A DNA stretch of 64,000 nucleotides from Octopus sinensis (Eukaryota): the NCBI RefSeq assembly GCF_006345805.1, contig NC_043020.1:30690001-30754000 (forward strand), written 5' to 3'. This document shows, piece after piece, positions 38,301-50,640 of the stretch; the stretch's first letter is position 1; each line of letters starts with the position of its first letter. The position numbers and the translations under genes are program-made. Below the pieces are notes generated by a model. It was not told the origin of the DNA. It ran no database searches and worked only from the letters and a program-made list of their open reading frames with translations.

Positions 38301-39396
38301 GGGCTCTTGGAATGTGGGTGTTTGTTGTAACAACAGGAAAAAACATTTAGGTATCATGTTTTGGGCTGAGAGGACATGCAGTATAGGATTCATTGGGGGA
38401 CTGACTGACCTTAGGTAACTTGAAGATTGAACCTCTACCATCTCCTGCATCGATACTTGGATAAAGGCCCAATCAAGATGTAGGTTGTCCTGCTCCAACA
38501 ACCGTTGGCGTATGCTACTAGAATGCATGCCACTTATGAAGGCATCTCTTACAGCTTCGTTGAGATGTTCAGTAGCCAAAACAGCTTTGTATCCAGTCTT
38601 TTGCCAAAAGTTTGTGCTTCTGGAGGTATTGATCTAAACTTTGTCCATACTCCTGCTGGCAAGTCTATAACAGGTGATATGCATACACTACATCAGTGGT
38701 TCGCGACCTGTAGTCTGTTGACCCCTAGTGGTTCACAAAAGTAGTACTGGGGGTCTGTGAACTAAATTCAAAATTTCATATCTATATAAACATAAGGATA
38801 ACAATATCCTGGGGTCCGTGGGAAAACTCATTTAAATAAAAGGAGTCCTTGCTAATGAAAATTGGGAACCACTGCGCTACATTCTTTGGTTTCACGTATA
38901 GTGAAGTAAGACTGTCAACCGCTCTGGTGTCCATGATGCAGTCCGTGATATATTCGAACACGTCCTGGCCAATGGGATTGGTGAGCCACTGCAATTCATT
39001 CTCTTTCACTGCATTGAGTGAGTTTAGGTAGTTGGTAAAAGTAAAATGCTAATGCAGAAAGGTGAGGCTGGGTCAATGTCGAAATGTTCCAGGTGTAGCA
39101 CCTTGTCCATTTAGAAGAGTAAATTCCAGTAATGTAGCAATTCTCAGTTTAATTAATACAGGAGGCTGAAAAGATTGGCCGTAAATAGGCTTTACTCTTC
39201 TAAGAGCAAGAGTACAGTATCGGTCAGTAATAGCTTTAGCCATGAACCTGGCTGGTCAGCTGACAACCATTTTTGAATATCATTTCTAAGCCTTATTTTC
39301 ACTCCAAAGCCTCGTTTCCAACTGGCTGTAGTAATATTAACAGTAGTAAATATAACCTGTATAGTTATAGTAATAATATTAGTACTTGTTACCACA
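35357..39396 (-). mobile_element. Decayed Ty3/Gypsy LTR retrotransposon with both LTRs
   Basis: LTRs at 39133-39396 (TGTAGCAA...TTACCACA) and 35357-35598. Minus-strand order: gag (ATG 39110, MDKVL.., DAFISG, CCHC knuckle CKACNKVGHFQRVC), protease (LVDTGSSDS), RT (MVIDY, FGVTN, YVDS), RNase H (ETDASD, RPVAFFSRTL, EKEAYAIIEA), integrase (LNVDFKG). Many stops and frameshifts. Confidence 0.95.
38694..38874. mobile_element. hAT-type MITE (181 bp) nested in the Gypsy gag
   Basis: TIRs CAGTGGTTC...TTGGGAACCACTG; 8-bp TSD cactacat (38686-38693) / cgctacat (38875-38882). Confidence 0.9.
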
Positions 39397-40661
39397 CAGT
39401 TTTAACTTACTGCCTCTCCAAGGATATGGGATCTTGGTAGGAGTGAAGCAATTTATTTAAAAGACTCATGAAAACGTAGATCTTTGTTTCTATCCATTAT
39501 TTTGTAGACACAGCAACAGTCCTTCTCTTCTGAACCATATGGGATTGGCTTTCCTGTTCTGTTTGAAATAATAATGTGCTTGTTTGTTTGTTTTAGGTTT
39601 GGGGGGGGGGGGTAGTACTTTTTATCACCATCACAGAACTGCTTGTATGTTTCAATATGTTCAAAAGGTTTTAGTAAAATATACAGGCTTCACTATGTGG
39701 TGAAGGAGTGTACTTCCCAAGCAGATGCTTTCAGGTTCAGTCCCTCTACATGGCAAGTGACTTCTACTAAAGTCCTGAGCTAAACAAAACCTTGTTAGTA
39801 AAATTAGTAGATGGAAACTGAAAGAAGCGCATCATATACGTGTGTGTGTGTGTTTTCTTGTCCTGACAGATAGTTGTAAATGAGTGTCACTGTCATACAA
39901 GCAGTGTTATTCATTTCCAATTTTCTGCAAAAATGTGTGACCATGAGGAAATATTACCTTGAGTGGGAATAGATGGTAGCAGAAAGAGCATCCAGTCATA
40001 GTTTATTCTGCCTCATTAAATTCTGTCCGGCCTACACAAATATGGAAAAGTGTACGTTAAAAAAAGTGATGTTCACTGCTGTTCATATTACAAGGTACTT
40101 GATGGGGGAATTTAATCTAAATGTCCCTAAATATAATATAAATATCAACTTGTCTTGTAACAGGCTGACATTAAGGAATTGTTCTGTACCTGCTCAGTTC
40201 ACATTAGCCATTAAGAATGGGTGTCAGATCATGTGCAATTGTTACCAGGGGTAGATTAGCATTTTATTTGTGGGAAAAATTATCTCTCAGTTTGCTTAAT
40301 TTTGATATGATGCAACTGAAGGCAGACACCGACCCTTCATGGGCATTTTATGCTTGCAATAATGAATGTATGCAATTTCATTGTTTTAATGTAAAGTCTC
40401 TACTCCTGGATTTATAAATCTATTTGGCTGATTCATTTTTATAGTTGATTAATTAGTATGAGAGGTGATATTAATTAAGTTGTAAAACTATTTCCTCCTG
40501 AAAAAATTATGTAGCTGCCTAAATTAAAAAATTTTGAAGCCCTAAATTCCTGATAGTTAAAAAAAAATGTTTTTCATACCAACCCTTTACAAAGGAAACA
40601 TGAATCTCCTTTCCTCTCCCTTACACGATTATCCAGCCTGTCTAGGATGGAGCACAATGAA

Positions 40662-40699
<38 letters not shown>

Positions 40700-43302
40700 C
40701 TATTCATTCAGTCATCATACTTGCACATGTCCATTCACTGGATGGTTTCAAAACAACAAAAAGGTATCTGCATTATAAAATCCAAATGAATATGTACATC
40801 ACTGTAAGTTTAGTTGCTCTCAGAACTAGGAAAAATATGTCATTTTAGACACAGGTTATTCAACAGATGTCTGCTTAAAGGACCTTAGACCAAACTGTAA
40901 GATTTTTTTTCCACTCCTCATACCAATTAAACTTACTGTAATTTTCATCTCTTGGACTGTTGGATTTTTTTACTATTGTTATTGCCAATGCAAGGCTTTT
41001 TCCATCTTCATCAGATTCTATATTTTAATCCTAAACTACATAATAGACAAAGCTTCATCATCACCAACACTCACCATTGTTGCCTCTGCCATGACTGTCG
41101 CACCTCTAAAACTGGTTTACTTCATAACAACCTAGATTTAAACCCACTCAATGCACTTCTCTCTCCCCTCCACTTCTTCCTCCGGTTCCTGCCTCTCAGG
41201 GATATTTCATACCCCAATATATTAGAGACAATGGAAGTGATCTTGGTGCATTAGCATATATATATCTATGAACTGTTTCAGAACCATTACGGTCTCTCGT
41301 TAAGTACCTTGCTTCTCTGAGTTCAACTGCCAGAACCAACTTTGCCTGTTATTTCTTTCAAGGCGTTAGCAACCCACATACCAGTTATATACTTGGGTTA
41401 GTTCAGTCTATAAAATCTTTCTGCCCTTTTTGCAAAGAAAATAAAATAGGTCTTGTGCCTAAAAAAAAAAAAAAAAAAAAAATGGTCAATGTTGTTCTTT
41501 GTTGTTGTTTGTTTCACTGCTCTGAAATTAGCTTTTTTTTTAATTTAATTTTATTTTCAAGTTTTTAGTTTGATTTAAATATTGATGAGGTAAGGTATAA
41601 TAATAGCTGTGAGGTTTAAGTGCTGGACTTCTTGACCACATGTTCATAAGTTCAAACCTTACTTCTGCCATTGTGTTGTGCTCCTTCTATTATTTTGATA
41701 TTATAGAGAGAATAAATTCCTCTCCTACTTCCACGTTACATGGTTAGCTGCAGGAAGGGGGTGAGGGTGCCTAGCTTGGAAAAGAAATAGGTAAAAGTTG
41801 CAATATGGATTAAAACTGGGGAAAAAAGAATCCATCTAGTTCTATTTTATTCACCCCCCCCCCCCCTATTTTCATTGCCTGTTTTTCTTGGAAGGTTGCA
41901 GGGGTAGAGTCTTTAGGCACTGCCAACCTTCATTAAACTTTCCTACCGGATTCTGAACCATTAATGGATATTACCTCTTGGACCTACCTGCTTTGCAGTA
42001 CAAAGATCTGCAACCTTTCTGCTTCTGTCTCAGAACAAGGTGTACATTGTGCTGGCTCTTGATGGAAAATGCAATATATTTTTCAAACAAACCCCTCTGT
42101 CTTAGGTTCAAATACATCTCCTGTTAACCTGTGTGACAGACAATGAATAAAAATATCATTTTTAAAAGCTTCTAAACTGCCTTTGTATTTAATTAAGTTT
42201 ACAAAGCACTCAGTGTTCCATTAGGACAAACTGTATTTTAATTTTATTGACCTATTTTGAAGAGAGGTAATAGCAGGTAGATGTAGGGATCTCCTCTCTG
42301 TTGTAAAAAGGGAGAACAACTCAAATATTGACATCCTCCACATCTTTCCACTTTGGAGTATAACAGCTGAGGTCCAATATTATACCAAGTATGACTCATT
42401 GAAAGGATGTCTATGTGGTTGCTCGACCTGCTAGAGACAGCAGCCAAAAATCTTCAAATCATAGTTATCCTTCTGTCTTTCTGACCTGCTAGAAATAGTG
42501 GCCAAAATCTCTTTCAGAACATACCTACACTAATTTTCACTGGATATTCTGACTCTCAATGTACCATCAGAATAAAAGACAGATCATTGCTTTTCGTAAT
42601 AGATCAGATCTGCTGAACTGGAGCAGACTTGGGGCTACACAGCAGGTTCAATAAACTCATTATTGTCACTTTTACTGGCTTGGGTTCAAAAGCTGCCCCT
42701 GCAGCCATCAGTGCTTTGAGAATCAAAACCTGTGAAGCTCACTGTAAGTCAGTAAAACAGAAGAGTTTGATGTTGTTGTTTAAGCACAGGTCAGCCCTAA
42801 TCAAGTGAACCTGGGATCAAAAGGGGACTCTCACCATGACCATCCCATTTCTGTTTCATCAGTGATGTACATCAGACCACATTATCTAAAATGTGTGATT
42901 TGAGGAAGGTTTAGCTGCTATTTCTTACAGGTTGACTGATTACATAGAGGTGCCATCATTGACTTACGCTTTAAGGTGTTTTTGTTGATATTCTTGTCGA
43001 GTTGTTTCAGTCAACTCCATTTGAGCAAATGAGGTTCAGGCAGAGCTGGGTGTGAAGTATTTACAAATCTCACCATCTTTGTCATTTTACATTTTTCTGT
43101 TTTTTCATCCTTGCTAGCATGGTTTGCAGGATTCTCCCAGCATCTCGCTATTTCTCATGGTTCTTTAATATTGGCACATACAACAAGAGACAGAAAATAA
43201 AAGAACTGCCAGTCTTTCTTGTTTTGGACATGGCTATTGCTAGACACCTTTCACTAACTACTTCACAGTATGGACTTGGTGCATTTTGCTATGGAATTAA
43301 TT

Positions 43303-43528
43303 GAGCTGGCAGAAACGTTAGCGCGCCGGGCGAAATGCTTAGCGGTATTTCGTCTGTTGTTACATTCTAAGTTCAAATTCCACCGAGGTTGACTTTGCCT
43401 TTCATCCTTTTGGAGTCGATAAATAAAGTACCAGTTTCGCACTGGGGTCGATGTAATCGACTCAATCCTTTTGTCTGTGCTTGTTTGTCCCCTCTATGTT
43501 TAGCCCCTTGTGGGTAGTAAAGAAATAT
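43303..43528 (+). mobile_element. Young near-full-length SINE, same family as 28204-28443, opposite strand
   Basis: Aligns end to end with the reverse complement of 28204-28430, including the tail tagccccttgtgggtagtaaagaaata. Confidence 0.92.
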
Positions 43529-44404
43529 AATACTAAAGATGTTGTCTGTGACAGGACTACTTCCTTCTGATCTATATTGACTTCTTGCTTTGTTTTTTGT
43601 TTTTTTCCCTCAAATTATTTTTTCTCCTAGATAGATTGCTTTCACAGCAACATGTGAAGTGAGTCTCTTCTATTCAGTTTCTTTTTTAAAAAACGACAAA
43701 TTATATTTCTTTAAGATGTAGACACAAACATTAATGGATATATAAGACAAGTTAAGAAGTTTAATGTAATATTCAATTCTTGATATGTAACATAATCTAG
43801 TAGCAGGAGTTTAAAAACAAAATCAAATATTTGAAAAATGACTGAGTACCTTGGCAAACCAAAACCAGAGTACCATTCCAGTCCCTGATATGGTCACAAA
43901 CTTTCTTTTAGAAAAGGCTTCAACACCATAGTATAATCATTACTCTTTCACTTTTGTTTTTCACAAGTGATGGGGCTTGTACAAGAATTAACTTCAATAT
44001 TTTTTTTAACCTTTCTCTGCCAGTATGTCGGGGGTGCAATGTCCATTGTTGCCACTTAAAGCCTGTGGACCTAGTTTCATTTTTCTGTTATTATTTGCTT
44101 CACATCTGTTGCTAGAGTCTCACAAATACATGGTTATTATGTTTGTCAGTTCACCTTCTTTCATAAACCTGCTGTTGTGCCTAATCAATAATGAACTAGT
44201 CAAGGAGCCTCTCTACAAGAAGTAGAAATAGCAATCAAAATTCCTTTGTTTCACACTATCATTTCTTAGAAAGGAAGGACAAAGATTAATGAATGTAATC
44301 CAAAATATATTGCCTATAAGAAGAAAAAAGGCATGCCTGGGATTATGTCTACCTAATCAAGACTGGTATCACTTTTATTTGTTTTGATCCATTTGTATTT
44401 TGTA

Positions 44405-45015
44405 CAGCCCTTATTAACCATTCATTGATCCCCAGTTTCTGCATCACCCACCAGATAAGGGATCAGGGGACCCTTTCAAAGGCTTTCTCTAAGTCCACAA
44501 AAGCCAAGTATAGGGGTTTATCTTTGGCTAGGTATTTCTTCTGCAGTTACCATATCAGGAATATAGCATCAGTGGTGCTTCTACCTAGCACAAAACCAAA
44601 CTACATCTCATCTAAGCAGACTCTCTCCCTAATTAGTTGGGCTATGACCCTCTCCATGACCTTCGTCACCTGATCCAGCAGTTTAGTACCCCTGTAGTTA
44701 TTTCTATCTTGAGCATCACCTTTACCTTTGTAGCAGTTGGCTATGGTGCTGCTACACCAGTCATTGGGTATGACTCCATCATGAACTACCTGGTTTACAA
44801 TACAGGTGACTAGGCCATAGCCCACTCTACCAAATATTTTAAGCATTTCAGCAGTGATTCCTGATGGGCTTTTCCTGTCTTCATACCCTTAATTGCTTTA
44901 TCTACCATGGTGCTGTGTATTTGGATAGCTGGTCCTTCTACTGGGTCAACATTTGGCAGGCTCTCCTCCTCCCATTCATTCTCCACGTTCAGCAGTCTTT
45001 CATAATGGCTTCTCC
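44405..45015 (-). mobile_element. RTE-clade LINE reverse-transcriptase fragment
   Basis: HYERLLNVENEW, MKTGKA, IPNDW, YKGKGDA..NYRG.KLL, FGF..GRSTTDAIF and AFVDLEKAFERVP. Confidence 0.9.
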
Positions 45016-48000
45016 AACTAAAACAATTCCAGTCAATTTCTTCATCAACCATAAGGTTGAGAAAAAGAAGGGACGATACGAGGACAGACAAAACAAACGT
45101 TGGGGTCAGGGTATCAAATGAGATGAAACGTATGAATAAACAAACAATTAAAATATATACAATTAAATGAGAATGAGTGATTTACAAAAAATGAAACGGA
45201 GGATGCGGTCGACCCCAAAATCCACATACTCACACTGAAGACTTTGCTTTCTCCTTTTTATGGCAAAGCAACAGGTAGGAAGAGAGAGAGAGAGGTGAAG
45301 ACTTGGTTGTGGACTGACACTTAGTCTGTCTGTCTGTCTGTCTGCCTGCCTCTCTCTAGATATGTGTGTATGTTTGTATGTATATGATTTTGCATGTTGC
45401 TGTTTTGTATTCCTTTCTGACCTTAAACTGCTATTAAAGGCCCAACCACACACACATTTGTTTAAACCCATTTCAACTGCAGCCATACACCAAAGAACCT
45501 GGTGTTTTGCTCCAAAGTTTAAATTTTGAATTTGTTTCCATTATAAAATCACATCTTTCGGCTTCAGAATACAACATTGTCTTTTTCTTTCTATATTTTT
45601 GAAGTTAGAATTTCTGGCTCATTTGTTGATGTCTCGTCATTACACATCCATATTACACATTTAAGATCAGGGAACCAGTTAGGGGCCTATTGGATCTCTC
45701 TCGGCATACCAGCAAACCACAAAATCGCATCAGCCAGCATCACCAGTGACTCCAAGCCCATCATATACATATATATGTGTGTGTGTATATGTCTGTGTTT
45801 GTCCCACCACTACCATTGCTTGATAACCGATGTTGGTGCATTTGCATCCCTGTGATTTAGCTGTTCAGCAGAAGAGACTGATAGAATAAGCACCAGGCTT
45901 ACAGGGAATATGTCCAGGGGTCAATCTCTTCAACTGAAGGGTGGTGCTCCAGCATGGCCACCGTCAAATGACTGAAACAAGTAAAAGAATACCAGTAAAA
46001 CGTTCTGTACCACTAAACCAAGAATTTTCTTTGAATATATGTATGACATATTCTAAGGTTAAATAGTAATTCCGTTTATGTTTGTGTAACTGAGATATTT
46101 TGGTCGGATTATATAGTCATTGGTGTTACATTACTTTCTATATTCTATAACTCTCACAATATACTTTTCTAGGCATGAAAATTTTGTGGGGAGAGGGGGG
46201 TAGTTGATTAGATCGACCCCAGTACACAACTGGTACTTAATTTATTGACCCCGAAAGGACGAAAGGCAAAGTCGACCTCAACAGAATTTGAATTCAGAAT
46301 GTAAAGACAGACAGTCATAATATACAAACATTTCTCATGGCATCAGTACACTCTTTACAGATGCTTACATTTTTTAGGTTTTGCATGAATTTTTCATGAG
46401 TCCAGTTAGTTATTATTATTAAATGAGCTGGCTGAGTTGTTAGGATGCTTAGTGGCATTTCATCCATCTTTACGTTCTGAGTTCAAATTCCGCCAAGGTC
46501 CACTTTGCCTTTCATCCTATTGGAGTCAATAAAATAAGTACCAGTCAAGTACTGGGGTCGATGTAATCGACTAGCCCCTCCCCACAAATTTCAGGCCTTG
46601 TGGCTTTTAGTAGAAAGGATTATAATTAAGGCAGTGAATGGGCAGAAATGTTTATTGTGTCAGATTGAATACTTGGCAGCATTTCTTCTAACTCTTCTGA
46701 GTTCAAGTTGACTTTGCCTTTCATCTTTGCAGGGTCAATATAATAAAGTACCAGTTAAATTTGAAACCATTATTATTTTTAGGAAGCAACCAGGCAGAAT
46801 CCTTAGCATCCTGGAAAAAATGCTTTGCACCATTTTGGTTGTCTACGTTCTGAGTTCAAATTGCACCAAGGTTGACTTTGCCTTTCATCCTTAAGTTCCA
46901 GTAAATTTTATTGCAGTCATTCAGTTTGAAATCAAACCTTTTACAAAAATAAGCCAGGAACCTTAAAAATCTCACCAAATTTACCATTGCCATCCCCACA
47001 CCTGTTCCTACCCCCACTAATGCCTTTCTCCCCAATGCCACCTGCACCACCTATTCCACCACCACCACCACCACCATCTGCACTGCTATTAATACTTAAG
47101 TTATTTCACCTCCAAATCTTTACTACCCCATTCTTCTTCTTCTTCTTCTTATTATTATTATTATTATTATTATCATTATTATTATTATATTTTATTTCTT
47201 GGAACTTTCAATCTTTCTTGTTCTTGTTAATTTTGTAAAAGAAAGTGGACTGCATCCTGTTGTCAAAGGTCTCACAGGATCTCTTTCCACAAATTATAAG
47301 ACTCAGTACCTAGGTGTTAAAGTTCATGGAAGATTATTATTATTATTATTAATAATAATAATAATAATAAAGTTGGGGTTGATTTACTCAACTAATGCCC
47401 TTCCCCTCAGAATTGTTAGATGTGTTCTTAAATTAGAAACAATCATTACATGAACTGTATGGTTGTCATATTTGGCTGCTATGCTAGACATAGCAGCCAA
47501 ATCTCCCACATACCATTGGTTAAGAATAAATGAAACAGATTCTGGTACAATGTTTCAGATGGTCACAGCTGGAATGTCTTTGATAGTCATTTACACCACT
47601 CAGACATTGTGAAAATGATACTTTATCGGAATGATAAGAATTGGTCAAAATGATCCTGAACCAAATTTAGTGCCTTACATGTTAATTTACATCCTGTTTT
47701 ATGGTTTTGTAGCCAAACATCTGCCAGGTCATTTTTCTCTCCCTAAGTCCATGAAACTCAGTGCCTGTCTTCAAGCACATCATTCACACTACCCCTCCCC
47801 TCAACTAACTGACGTCTATATTGAAGTAAATATAATTATTATTAGATGAGATTAAGACAGTGAGATGGCCAAATTGTTGAAGCATCAAAGGCTGCAGGGA
47901 AAGGCCTGCAGTATTTCTTCCAGCTTGCTATGCTCTGAGTTCAATTCCTTCCAAGATAAACTTTGCAGTTCATCTATTGGTGGTCAATAAAATGAAATGC

Positions 48001-49039
48001 TGGTCAAATACTGAGGTTGGTTCCATTGACGAACTCCCACTGCCTAAAATTACTGGTCTTGTCTGAATATGACGCAAGGCCAATGATTATTAGACAAAGT
48101 TGTTTAGTTCAGGTCAATGATCTAAGACATACCAGATGTGGCCACTCCATTTTTTTTTAGTGTATCTAGCACTACATTATTTAATGTGCACTTTCTTTTT
48201 CGAAGCTGCTCGGTGTAGGTATGGCTGTGTGTAGGTACAGGCATGACTGTGACCTAGACACAGATGTGGCTGTGTGGTTAAGAAGTCCACTTAACAGCCA
48301 CAAGATTTTGAGTTCATTCCCACTGTGTGACACCATCCATGGACACGTTTCTTCTACTGTAATCTAAGGCCTTTGGAGTGAAATTGTGCAGAAACTGTAT
48401 GAAGGCCCTATGTGCGTGTGTGTGTGTGTGTCTTGAGATTGTTTACATGCTGTAGCATGTGATCAGTGTCACTGTTTAGGCAGTAGTGTCTTTGTTTGTG
48501 CTTGCCATAAAAGCGTGTGACACTGCTAAGCAGTTCATCTTGTAAAAGACTCGATTAATGATAATTACCATATCTGGAAACAAGTGAAGGCCGATAACAG
48601 AAAGGGTGTCTATCTGTAAAATACTGCCACAATAATTTTGGTTCAACCCATTCCAGCATGGAAAAAGGAGATGTAATTGTGAAAAACAAAAGTCATTGAT
48701 AATTGTTGGATGAAATCTCATGATTGTGATCAGCATTTCTTTCTAGCAGCTTTATTTTTAGAATAGGTGGGGAAATTGTATAAATTACTTGGCTCTTTTC
48801 CTTTTTCCATTGAGTTTAGATCCTGCTAATAAAGGAGCCTCTATGTGGTTGCTTGGTTTGCTAGAAATAGCAACACAATACCGTTCTACCATCTTCCAAA
48901 AATAAAAAAATAAAAAGCAAGTGGGTACACAGGATAGATAACATTGAAACTGACAAGCAATATGTTGAGTTTGTCTTGGTTGAAATATCTTCTGACCATA
49001 GTTCTACTGGATTAGAACCAAGCTCAACTTAAATTAGGA

Positions 49040-49217
49040 CTGGATGACCATTTCTCCACTCCCTTTCAATAAATGACAACTTCCTTCTCTGCTACAAGTG
49101 ACCATACTTCATCCATCTCTCTAATCAACTATATCTCTTATTTTCTATAAATGACCATACTTCCTCCCCCTCTACAAACAATCATACTTCCTCCGCCCCT
49201 CTATAGATGACCATACA
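49040..49217. repeat. Degenerate ~28-bp minisatellite (aaatgaccatacttc-ctcc.. units, ~6-7 copies)
   Basis: tgaccat or caatcatacttc motif recurring at ~27-29-bp spacing. Confidence 0.6.
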
Positions 49218-49304
49218 AATGTTTTAGCCTTGTGCCAATGTTACAGGTTAACCATATTATTTTCATTATCAGGAAGTTGAAAGGCCACAATTACTAACCA
49301 CGAA

Positions 49305-50640
49305 GGGCAGTGAATTAACCGAATGGTTACTATATCAGACAAAACTGCTTTGTGGTATTACTTCTAACCCTTTATCTTCTGAGATCAAGTTTGCTTTTCA
49401 TCCTTCCAGTTTCAATAAAATAAAGGACCAGTCAAGTATTGGGACCAATATCCTCAAATTTTTAACATTTTGCCTATGCTATGAATAATTGTTAGGAAGA
49501 TGGTGAAGTATTAGAAATGCTAGCCTGACATAGTAAATGCTTTGTTAGTAGCAATCTGTATATCATTACGCAATGCAAATATGCCATCGAATGTCTGGAA
49601 ACTGTGGTGTTTGTCTCAAGAAAGCATCTGGTATAGATGTATAGTGTTAAAAAACAAAGATGTATCAATAACAGTAGTGTCTAGCAGCTGTAGACATTTT
49701 CCATGTGTTGTTAGTATTTGCTCATGTTGTAAGTCGAAGCCCCGCTGTGGTTAACTTCTCTTTTATCTTTTTGAGGTTGTTAAAATAAGTGCTGGCCAAG
49801 TGGGGCAAGATTCCAGAGACTAATGACCTCCTGCTATGTGTGTGTGTATAATTATACATGATATTATTATTAACATGGTGGTGGAGGACAGTGGATTAGC
49901 AGAAATGTTCAAATGTCTGACAAAATACTTTTCGGGATTTCTTCTAGCTTTCAATGTCCTGAGTTCAAATACTTCTAAGTTTAGCTGTGCCTTTCATCCT
50001 TTCTGGGTTGATAAAATAAAGTACCACTCAAGTACTGGGCTTGATAATATTGTTGAGATTCTTCTCTCAAAATTGCTGGCTTTGTGCCTAAATTAGAAAT
50101 AATTATTAAGGTGGGAGGTTAATGGAACCCTTAAGGCAATACAGTGCCTTGTGGGTTTATTTTTTTTTAACCAATCCTTTACACTCTGAGTTCATCTCCT
50201 ACCTAGGTTTTTTTCTTTATTTCTCTCCTAGGGAGAGAAATAAAGTACCAATCATGTACTGAGTGTGAATTTAATCAACTAACCCCAAGTGCTACACCCA
50301 GCCTTGAGAATGGCTAGCCTTGTATCTAAATCAAAAACCATTATTATTTTAGAAGGGTGACAAGCTAGTAGAATTGGTAGAGCATCATAAAAATGTTTTG
50401 TTGTACTTGTTCTGTTCTTTACATCTTGGGTTCCAATCCTGCCAAGGTCGGTTTTAAGAGACTGTAAAGTATCAGTCAGAGACTGGAACTGGTGTAACTG
50501 ATTAACTCCTCCCCTCGTGCCTAGATCAGAAATCATTATTATTGGGAAGCTGCTACATTCTAAGTTCAAATCTTTCTGAAGCCAACTTTGCCTTTTATAA
50601 CTCCAGAGTCAATAGAATGAAGTACTGGTTATGTACTAGG
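49305..50640 (+). repeat. Head-to-tail cluster of old degenerate SINE copies
   Basis: About five to seven consecutive ~200-bp units, each with ctgagttcaaat...tttcatcc...aaataaagtacca and joined by attattatt linkers; similar clusters at ~5400-5900, 31395-31900 and 46425-46895. Confidence 0.75.

Noticed and set aside
35351-39402. Target-site duplication of the Gypsy element
   Set aside because: Flanks tagttg and cagttt match at only 4 of 6 positions and give no clean 4- or 5-bp duplication.
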